Shown: positions 37,598-48,400 of the stretch, piece by piece
Position numbering within the stretch: position 1 is the stretch's first letter
Layout: each line of letters begins with the position of its first letter
Source of the DNA: Diadema antillarum
Lineage: Eukaryota
Assembly (NCBI RefSeq): GCF_040938485.1
Contig: NW_027271276.1
Span: 496,001-560,000, forward strand
Reading direction: 5' to 3'
DNA length: 64,000 bases
The notes under the pieces: generated by a model
The model's input: the letters and a program-made list of their open reading frames with translations, nothing else
The model's database searches: none
Told to the model about the DNA's origin: nothing
Position numbers and translations under genes: made by a program

Positions 37598-40500
37598 TAC
37601 TCACTCTCTGTTTGTGTTTTAGTTAAGGATGTGGCACCAGACAGCCCAATACATTTTTGGAAATGGAAATGAACTCCCCCAAATTTCCTGAGAATGACTT
37701 TATTGTGTGCTAACATTCAAATTGCCCTGGTATGGTCTGGTAGTCCAGCCATGTTTTTTCAAAATTTTGCTTTGACCATTCACTCAGCAAGCACAAATGC
37801 CAACAGAGATTTTAACAACAATAACAACAACAACAAGAACAAGAACATAAAAACAACAGCAACAACAAAGAAGAACTAAAACTGTCAGCAAACTCTGTGG
37901 AGGTTAAAGAAGACTTCAATAATTCAGTGAGATCCTTGTTACTAAAATCTTCTGACAGTTACAGTCTTTTACTTTGAATCTAGTGTTACATCATAAGTGA
38001 CTTTTGATGATGTACTAGAAATACAAAAACCAGTCAGGCCACGTCACCCAACAGCAATAATTTGATTACTGCAGCACAACCATTCAACTGCATATTATTC
38101 ATATGAAGCAGTACTGAAATGTATTTACTTTCTTGCCATATGATATCTGAAACCAATTTTCTGAAATTTCTTTGTGGTACTCTGAAATGTAATTTTTGTC
38201 TGTTTTGCTGTGCCTACGTGGTGGAGAGTCGCAGTCTGTTCATTCGTGTGCAGGGTAGTAAAATTAATACAAATGCATGACGAGGTTGTGTTGACACATT
38301 CTTGGATATCCACCTCTTCATATGCAGCATAAGTAGATGCAGAATTTAGAGTGAAAATAAATTTGTTATTTATGGTAGGGGTCTCATTTGGGAAAGGAGC
38401 AACTGTTTTGAATTCCGTTAATCCATTTATATGCTGTTATCACTGCCTTTAATATTTGTACTGAACTAAGTGTGAAGTTTGTTATGAATACAAATTGATA
38501 CATACTGGTACATCATTTTATGATCATCTCTCATAATGCATTAAATTTCTTTTTCAGCTGTGTACAGGATACTTTAGATGTCGTGGATCTGGAGTTGTTA
38601 TGTCATTTCAAAGCACTTGATAACTTTACATGATGAAACAGAGCAAAATGGAGAGAAACCAAGAAAGTAAGCAGTAAAAAAAAAAAAAATATTTAGGAAT
38701 GATTTAGATTTGTATGTCCATCCCAAATGTTATGATCCATTGCTTATAACTGCAGCTGGACAAAAATGTGTCCTATAATACAATATTGTACACCCATGGA
38801 ATGAAAGAAATGGAGGGAAATTAGGAACAAGATAAAACATGCGTAGCAACTCACTGGGTATTTCAGGATAAGTGGGATAAGCCTAGGGGAAAAAGAAGAA
38901 ACAACAAAATCAACAGCAACAAGATTACCACCATAGAATGACAAAACTTACCCCTAAGGGAAATATTTTATATTTGCTATATATGTGTCTATCATGAAGT
39001 GAGTCATACATTAAAAATATAAGATGTACATGTATGTGTGTATGTGTGTGTCTGCATCAATTACACACACAAACACAAACACATATTTACATGTAGATAT
39101 CATCTGAGCTATTCAGCAAAACATACACACAACACACAAATTCCGCCGTCTCATTCACTTGCTCTTTTCTCCTTTCATCTCCTTCGCTAGTACATAGAAA
39201 TAAATTTACCTTTCTCTGGACAGGCCTTCATCATCCACTTTTAATGACTGCTTCTCACACTGTACTGGCTTTACGGATCTAAATTTGTTTGATGAGGGTA
39301 AGTTTACTCCAAACTCCAACTCTAGCCTCCCATACATGTGTCTTAAAGAGCCACATAGTCAAGAATCGCAGTATCAAAGCTTATTGTCACAGGATTTAGT
39401 GATAGAGCTGTAAGTGCATTGCGTATTTGGGTGAGTGCCCTGCATAATCTTTTTTGACACATAGTACTCGAATAATCAATATCAGGTTTCTTTTGTTATG
39501 ATCTGAGGGTTGCCAAGACCATTCTCACGATTTGGAGGATAGTTGGAGGAGATGGACAAAGGGAAGGATGGTGATTTTTGATGACAAGAGATAAGGAGTT
39601 ACACATTGACAATACATGGATCTAATTGTGAAAAAAAAAGAAAGAATCGATACACAAAATGAACAAAAAGCATTCATGAATACAAACTACATTTGTTAAG
39701 GGGCATCTGTTGTCATGCATCTCATTTTCATTACAGGCCAGATCAGTAACAGTTCACAACAGTCAAAGATCTGATGAAGTAGTAATATTGCACAGGGTAA
39801 TGTATCTATGTGATTTGTTTTATTTTTCTCTTCAAATGCATCACTTAAAGAAGGCGATCCCATTCTGGCACCTATGCAAGTAGATGCATAGTTGTATATA
39901 GGTGTGTGAGTGTGCATGTGTATACTGAATGTATGTTTGTATGTATGTATATGTACATATATGTGTGTGTGTGTGTGTGTGTATGCATGTATGTATGTAT
40001 GTAAAGTGAATATTTACTTTCTTTTAGCCATGCCAAAGAGACAGACAGTAATGGCAGCATATAAAACACATTTCTCACCAGGTGTGATGTCATGATTTCT
40101 TTAAATGCACACACACAAAAAACAGCAACAAAAACATCCAAACAAAAAAGAGAAACAAACAAAAATTATGTTTGCAAGTACAGTATTTAGGTTTTTTTTA
40201 ATCGAAGTTTTATTACACAAAGAGCAGCAACATCTGCAGTCAATGTTGAACCTTTTTTTCTTCCTTGAACACATGACAATTTACCAGTATGCTGTAAGAT
40301 TTGAGCGATATGAAGTGAACAGATAAAATAAATGCACATCAACATGAGGCCTGTGAATAAATCCATCTTTGATCTTAATGGTCTCATGTTTAATGGTGCC
40401 ATCGTGGCCTTATGATCTCTCAACAGGCTTGTCTTTATTGAAGTTATACCTACATCTTATTCTAACTTTATAATTCACATACTGGTAAATGTAACACATA

Positions 40501-40747
40501 CAAAACATTGGCTCACTTTGTAAACCACAATGAACATGATAGCAACAGCAAAGCAGTAATACATCTGAAAACAATTTATACTATGATGATGAAGATTAAG
40601 AAAAAATCCCAGGCACTGACTGTTTGAAGAATCACCTTACTATAATCTAGTGATGTCTGACTAAATTACAATATACAGTGGCTTCTGCTCGCATTACACG
40701 CAATAACATTATCACTGTGGCATCAATTGGTTGTTCTGTAAAGAAAA

Positions 40748-41146
40748 CAGAGACTCCAACTCGCCTGCTTTCGACGGGAGATCTCCCACCGAAAAATCTC
40801 CCTTTCTCCCGCTTGAGATTAGATTTCTCCCGCTTGTATGGTTTTGTAGATGTAAATTAATTTCATATGCATGCATGAATAGTATCTGCATATGATATAT
40901 GAAATGAAGTTTTATTAAGCCAAAATATATGATTTGAATCATTGAATCACTACATAGTGACTATGTAGTGATTCAATGAATTAGTGCCATAGTATGTTGA
41001 AAAATAAACTTGAGATAGCACAAGAAAGCATCAAAAACCCTATTGACCCAAGGGACTTTGCGCACATCAAGTTGGAGTCTTCAGTTTGCTAGGGGTTCAG
41101 GTGGGAGAATCTCCAGATTAGAAGGTGCTTGGGGTAGGAGTCTCTG
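40748..41146. mobile_element. hAT-like MITE (CAGAGACTCCAAC family), 6-bp TSD AGAAAA
   Basis: Both ends are the reverse complement of the ends of 22971-23282. The internal segment differs and contains a perfect 39-bp palindrome (40940-40978). Confidence 0.75.
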
Positions 41147-42404
41147 AGAAAATGCAAAATTACCGTACACACTGCAATATTTTACGAGCGCAATATTTTG
41201 AATTTTACAATAGAGAACCACAAGGGCGATTCTGAAAGAAGTAAAATATCTGTATCTAAGTTGGTGACTTCCCATCTCGGATGGGGGTAAGATACATATT
41301 CTTTCCAATACATGTTAAAACCTTGACATGTAGGCTACAGGTCATCTCTAAACACTTGTGATTTGGGGCATATGACTTAGTTTTTAGTTGTGAACTTACC
41401 CCTCAAGGAAGGTTTTTGAGGGGAGGCATGAAACATTAAACAAAAAAAGACAAGAAAAAAGAATGGTGAACCTTTCAGCAAAAGACAACTAACATATGGA
41501 AGAAAACTGTAACAATGTGAATATTAGTAAATAACCTACAGTGACAATTACTGTCTTGACAACACGCCATAATCCACTTGCTTTTCAAAAGCTCCTCTCA
41601 AGTCTCAAGTCTTCTGTTTGAAATATCACATATTTCACACTTTCTGCAATGAATCTGTCAACATGATACAAAACATGATTCAATTCTCAAAAGGGACACT
41701 GAACTCCTTGCAACAACAAAACTCATACGTATGTCTCTTTGTCCCAAAATAATAAACGTGCACTCGCACGATCTCACTGGCATAGGTTATCTACAAATGA
41801 AAATGGTAGTCTGCTTCTCAGACTGTCTGCATTTCATCTGCAGTGGAGCTGACCAGTCAAGTCTGTCCATCTGAGACCCATTCACACTTGAAATATAAGA
41901 GTGCAATGCTATCAGCAGTGATCACACAGACTGCACAAAATTTCTCCTTGTTTATTGACACTTGGTGCCCTGTTACCTCGCCCAACAAGAACAGTCTAGC
42001 AAGCCCATGCAAATTATACCTTGGGCAGCAACATTGATCTCTGCAGTTAAGACCCATTTTAGAACAGCGTGAGTCTTAGAACTGTGTATGAGAGCTGTCT
42101 CGGAAGCACACTGTGCTGAAAGACCACCTGTACAAGTAGGTCGAGAGAAGTCTTCAGCTGATTTAAAAACATGTCCGCACATTCTCGTAAGACTGCACAT
42201 ATTACTGGGGGTGGATCTACCAAGAGCACTTTCACATTGTCCAATGCAGTCAGACACACTGAAAGTGAGAGCATGCCTCCACAAACAAAATCTCAGCACC
42301 AACAAAAACATTCAACGATAGAAGTGATGCGCAAAATTCTAAGGTTTACTGTCATGTCAAACACGTCCTCCTTGCCTGGCAGGTTAGGGTGATGTCCTCT
42401 GGTA

Positions 42405-42468
42405 TCATAATTTGTACTCCATCAGCTCTGTGAGTTGCTTCCGGTACTCTGGGGCAAGAGGTACACTC
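42405..42468 (-). CDS. NDC1: NDC1 exon 14 (terminal)
   Basis: [20 protein letters not shown]-stop after a long polypyrimidine acceptor; parallels the recalled NDC1 C-terminus. Confidence 0.88.
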
Positions 42469-45400
42469 CTGTGAGGTGGAAGAGGAATGAAGAAAAATCT
42501 CGTTGTTCACCCTCTATGTGATGAACACATCAGGATAATTACCCCAGGCCTCCCTCCGGACAATTACCCCCAGCCAAATACAGGTTAGTGATACGGTTAG
42601 AGTAACGATTAGGGTTAGGGTTAGGTTTAGGGTTAGATTTTGGCTTAGGGTTAGGATCAGGGTCATGATTAGGATTAGGGATTAGGGTCAGGGGGAGGGT
42701 CTGGGGAAATTGTCCAGAAGGTAATTGTCTTAGAGTCATGCTGACACTTAGCTGCAGCATGCCATGTTTTTTGATCAGCTGTGTTCCAGTAATTCCTTCA
42801 AACTTAATTGTGATTTAGCAAGCCCACTCAGGCATATCAATTTGCCTCAGTCCAACAGAAAGGCCATGGTGACAAATAGGATCTAAGGGGATTAGGTAAT
42901 CTCTATTCACTGGCAGCTACTTTTCACAAATCTGTGGCAATCAGCAAAGCGAGCACTCCGGCGGACATGCCAGTCAGCATAAAGCACAGTAAGGGTTAAG
43001 AGGTTAGAGGTCATAATATATTGATAGACCGATAGATGTCATGCCTTACGCGATGTGTAAAGACATACAAAGCACAATCATTTCCCTCCTGGTACACTTT
43101 CAAACATGACAGCCTTGAACGACCAGTCTTATTTTTTTTTTAACCAACCCTGGATAACCCAATTCCTGGACAATACGACCTGAGCCCTGGACAGCTCGGC
43201 TAGGTCATATTGTCCAGGGTTGGGTTATCCTGGGGTTGCGTTGTCCAGCAGGCCAGTGGCAATGTTAGTGTGTCGGGGCAAAGCTACGCACTTTATGTGA
43301 TAGCCAAACGTTGAGGTGATCCTATGCAGAGAGGTCTTGACAGTCGTCCGCAGGTCGTTGCGCAGCTGGTCATCAGGGTGGGCAGGGCCAATTCTGGTGA
43401 CCTTCAGCTCACGTGGCTCCCGTGACGTCAAGGGAGTTGGCAATTTGAAGAGTTTTTCCAACGCCTGAAAGGTTGGAAAGAAAGAAGAGTTTCTTCTAAT
43501 TCTCGCTATCGCCAATGACGTAAAAAGTACCCGGATGTGGTTTTTTCGTCAAGATTTAGTGCACTTGGTAGCAAGGGCACTTCCGGCGCGGGGCATAATT
43601 TGCACAACCCTAGCGTGCGCGTACGTGTACCTTACCTATAGCGCAGCGCCGACCACGGATACTAGTACAGTAGGCCGCTGTAAAATACCGCCCGAGCCAG
43701 CGAGTGGCCAGGCCTGTCATACTCGTACACTGTAGTCCCCGCCGGCGGCCGGCCTTGCATTAATAGTATACAAATATTGACTGCTCATGAGGATGATGGT
43801 GGAAATTATCATTCCCGAGGTGCTTTTCATACCGACCCTTCTATCACCCCGAGGCGTTAGCCGAGGGGTGATGGAAGGGTCGGTATGAAAAGCACCGAGG
43901 GAGTGATAATTTCCACCACCATCCGAATACAGAGCAGTTAATATCTGTTTTATATACCTCATCGTTTACTAAGACTTAACCAAGATCTAGGGCTAGGCAA
44001 ATAAGAAGTAAATTCTAACTGTTAGGCCTAAACGTTAGCCCTAAAATCAGGCCACAGACTGCGCTTGTTGGCATGGTTTTCGTGCATTTCGTACTACCCA
44101 ATACGCACGGTACATTGTACTCACTCACAGTCACACGGCCTTCGGCGAGCTCCTGCATAAAATCTTGGCAGAAGATTACAGTATACATCCAGTTTCCCGT
44201 CGCTCGTGTTTTTAATTCGATATTTTCAACATGCTGAGATTTGTCTCTGCTTCGGGATCCTAAGAAATTCTAATTGCAAAGTGTACGATCTTTGATCCAG
44301 CTCACTTCAAATCACGGAGGAGCGCTCGATCACCATGCCACGTAAACGTATGCCTGCCGTGCGCGCGCTAGTGCGATGATTTTGCATGTGTTTAAATACG
44401 ATGCGCGTAGTGAACGTCCTTAGTGGGTGGGTGGAGGGGTTGCGGACACCGCGCGCGAAGTCTAGTGTGCTTGTTATGTGTACAAAAGTCGCGGAGGGTT
44501 TACGAATTCTATCACGAGGGTTTTGCCTTTCTATCACGAGGGGTTTGCCTTTCTATCACGAGGGTTTTGCCTTTCTATCACTTACATGAAAACCCTAAGG
44601 CAAGATAGACGGGACTACACCTTGTCACGTGATATACTTTTGACCAATGAGTGATACGAATCTCACTTATGAGGTATATAACATGCACCACTGCACGCAG
44701 CGCATAAGCTAACACATACCGGTACAGCGTACTGCTTGATCATGCGATCGATGTGCACATCACAGATCAGTCATCTCTGCATACGCGGAAAATATGCTGG
44801 AAAATATTCACCCACCTGGATATACAGTATATCGTCATGGAATGCCCATCTTTTTTCTTTGTTTGTTCTCTGTCGAAATGTCGCGAACACAATCGGGAAC
44901 GAACAGTGATCTCGAACTTATCCTGTCTCCGAAGCAATTTCTTCCAAGTAAGTACGTACAATGTACGTAGGCACTAGGCCTACTACCTAGTGCTACTACC
45001 ACTACTAGTAAGTCGCGCGTGCACGTATACTGCGCTGTGGAGTCACCCGCAAACTTCACCCACGCTGCCACGTCACGTCTCGCATGCCAGTAAGGGTCCT
45101 ATTTCTGCAGATTTTTTTCATTTATTGTCGTGCGGACAACACATGGCAGCTTCGCAGCAACAACCAATAGTTGTATTAACGGCAATTTCTTAAGAATGGA
45201 GAAATTTCAAATCATATTAAAGCTGTAATTCAAATTGAGAAAACCGGAAGTACACGTAGAATACAGTCGGTTGTGTGTGTAAATAGCATTTGTCACGTAT
45301 CACGCGCGTACGAACGGAAGTGACTTTGCTACCGGACTATCCCATAATGCACCGTAAATGACGCTTAAATCAACATCCGGGTACTTTTTACGTCATTGGC

Positions 45401-48400
45401 GATAGCGAGAATTACATCCCAGTGCTACAGTCGGGACACATATACTAGTACATCAATGATGCAAGAATTTATTTAAAATGTATTTTACAGGAAATGTGTG
45501 CATTGGATATCTTTTGAATTTCTGAAAAACAAAGGTAAAGCTGAGTAGCGTTTAGGCAAAAAGAAGTTGAAAATCTAAAAATAGTTCAACTATGAAAGTC
45601 AGTGCAGGTTTACAACATGACGGGGCAATAAAAGATGAATATTTACCAATGACTCACTTTGGGTTCCTATTACCATAACTTACAATGTACATTAAGATAA
45701 TTTTTGCTATGCAATGTTGTCAAGGTATTTAGTTGTGAATAATGTCTGTGAAAGCTGAGCATGCTCACAACGCATACAGGCACATACCCTCATGTTAATG
45801 AGATGCGAGAACGTCATGGTTCTCATCATACAGACACAATATCACAATCTAGCCAGTTATAATGCCTTGGGCACAATGGTTGGAGGGTCTCTGGAGTAAT
45901 ACTACTGCGATGAAGCTGCTTCCCATAAATAGGACAGTGTAGACTCTCCAGCTTCAGACAGACACCTTGACGTCTTTCCTCTGCTGTTTACATACTGTAA
46001 AACGAGAAATGTTGGCGTGCATTTTAATTTCGCGAATTTCGTGAGCGCCAAGATTCGCGAAATTAAAATGCACGCGAAATTTCTTATCTACATTATATGC
46101 ATTGAACGCAAGAGGCAATTCGCGAAAATTTCTTGCCGCGAAAAAGGCCGTCGGCTCCAATTCGCGAAAATTTCGTGCCGCGAATATTTCATGTTTTACA
46201 GTAATAGCAAGCTTTAGATTTGCGACGCGAACGCTGAGACTATGCTAATTTGGCCAAATCTGATGTTCTGCACATGTGCCACACAGCTGTTTCTGTTGTT
46301 CAACCCAGGGAGTCTTCATCGTCTTGGCGTTTGTGTCACAGATGTAACGTTCACTATTATTACACTTCTGTGCATGAGCCAGAGGACTATCTTGCAATAT
46401 ATAGAAACTTACATTATGCAAAGCAAGCATTTCAGCAAGAATATCTGGTAGAGATGACTGGACAACTCCAAAGGAATCCTCCAGATAGGAGGCAGCCACT
46501 AGAGAAGACAATGCTGGTATTGACAAGGATGAAGAAGGAAAATGATAATCAGTCATTAATCATGCCCTATTTCAGCTCTACAAATATGATTCACATGCAA
46601 GTCATGCTCGTTTATCTTTTATCCTGCTCATGTACATAGTGTCATAAACACATGTGAGCTGTCATATTGTATGCTATGAATCTTAAAACACTGTTAAAAT
46701 AAGGAACATGAAATAAACTTTTATTCAAGTGGTGTAAGTACAAAATCAAAGACAACTCTATGTCAAATCACAAAAGAAACACACATTAGCAATTTATCAG
46801 AAGTATGAAAGTTGTTTGAAGAATTCGTCTTGCGTTTCAGTCCACAGTTCAGACTGAATCTCCTTTGCAAACATGTGCTGATGAGTTTGAACAGTGACTG
46901 TGCACTTGAAATGCATTTCAAATTCATGAATTTCTTCCGTCGAGATGTTTTCATTGCAACTGATTGACAAATTGCCCTACATCGACGTAAATAAGCACTG
47001 AATTGATCAATGTTTTAGTAGTAGCCATGATAGTGGAGATGACGCCTGTCCGGTGATCAGGAGGTCGCAGGTTCGAATCCTGCTCAAGTATGTATGCCCA
47101 TGATTTTTTATCATGGCTACTACTAAAACACTGATCAATTCAGTGCTTATTTACGTCGATGTAGGGCAATTTGTCAATCAGTTGCAATGAAAACATCTCG
47201 ACGGAAGAAATTCATGAATTTGATTAACAAAGCAGTACCCGCTGCATGCTATAAGGATTAGAACCAACACTTGCTTTCGGGCGAAAGCTCGGTGGTCTAG
47301 TGGAGATGACACCTGTCCGGTGATCAGGAGGTCGTAGGTTCGAATCCTGCTTGAGTATGTACGGCCATGATTTTTTATCATGGCTACTACTAAAACACTG
47401 ATCAATTCAGTGCTTATTTACTTCGATGTAGGGCAATTTGTCAATAAGTTGCAATGAAAACATCTTGACGGAAGAAATTCATGAATTTGAATAACAAAGC
47501 AGTACCCGCTGCATGCTATAAGGATTAGAACCAACACTTGCTTTCGGGCGAAAGCTCGGTGGTCTAGTGGAGATGACGCCTGTCTGGTGATTAGGAGGTC
47601 GTAGGTTCGAATCCTGCTCGAGTATGTACGCCCATGATTTTTTATCATGGCTACTACTAAAACACTGATCAATTCAGTGCTTATTTACATCGATGTAGGG
47701 CAATTTGTCAATCAGTTGCAATGAAATCATTTGTCCACCACATACCCTCCAAGGCCCAGATATGCAGCTGAGCATCAGTAAAGAGAGCACGACCGTCTGC
47801 CTCGGGGAATGGATCCACGAAGTAGCAGAATAGGACCAGCTGTCGTAGGACTGTTGGGCGGGGCAGGAGCAGGAGGCGGTGGCGGGGCGGGTAGGGGGCA
47901 CTGTTTACTGGATCAGCTGTTACAAAATCACAATGATTATGAGGGATTGGGGGTCAGTTGCAAACAGGTCAACAGTGATCAAAATTTGATAGAATAGTTT
48001 TGGAAACTTTGAACATGTACAACATGCATAAAAATCCCAACAAAGGATGCAGAGCGCACACGTTCAAATACCACTGTAATGGACATAAAACCAACGCATG
48101 TCCGTTGTCCTCAATTTCCACAAAAAGCTCCTAAATTTCAAAAAAACTTCACAAAAATCTCCTTACAGTGTGTCGAACTCGCATATAAGCTCTATCAGTA
48201 CAACTGGTAACTACACTCCATGCGATGTCAATGAAATTTAATGTCAGTGATCCCCCAGATGGGTTAATCAAAGCACACTACAGAGTGCAAAGAGGCGTCC
48301 AGGCTTGAACCTCTGTTGCCCCTACCTCTTTGGGTGTCTCGTATCGGCTTTCTTGATGTGACGAGAGGAGTGTAGCTGTGATTTGCAGGAGGGTCCACCA

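Larger units (their letters stand above)
43499..45412. mobile_element. ~1.9-kb non-autonomous DNA transposon with ~40-bp perfect TIRs and a THAP-domain remnant
   Basis: ATTCTCGCTATCGCCAATGACGTAAAAAGTACCCGGATGT (43499-43538) is mirrored at 45373-45412, flanked by TA. Minus-strand peptide [24 protein letters not shown] lies at ~44870-44946. Confidence 0.75.
46918..47726 (+). repeat. Tandem array of 267-bp units (x3) each containing a tRNA-like sequence, with an inverted ~115-bp arm on the left
   Basis: GTTCGAATCC recurs at 47071, 47338 and 47605 (period 267); 46918-47032 is the reverse complement of 47110-47223. Confidence 0.9.

Noticed and set aside
42609-42690. Ancestral chromosome-fusion telomere scar
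   Set aside because: Short, single orientation, no head-to-head TTAGGG/CCCTAA junction, and enclosed in inverted repeats.
47178-47672. Duplicated 75-84 aa ORFs [27 protein letters not shown]
   Set aside because: Antisense translation of the tRNA-like repeat; RIRTYDLL-type peptides are a typical artefact of the reverse B box.
47674-47901. Apparent frameshift in NDC1 exon 11 (Pro-rich ORF in a different frame from [10 protein letters not shown])
   Set aside because: Resolved by the stronger acceptor at 47916, which keeps the frame open; no frameshift or recoding is needed.
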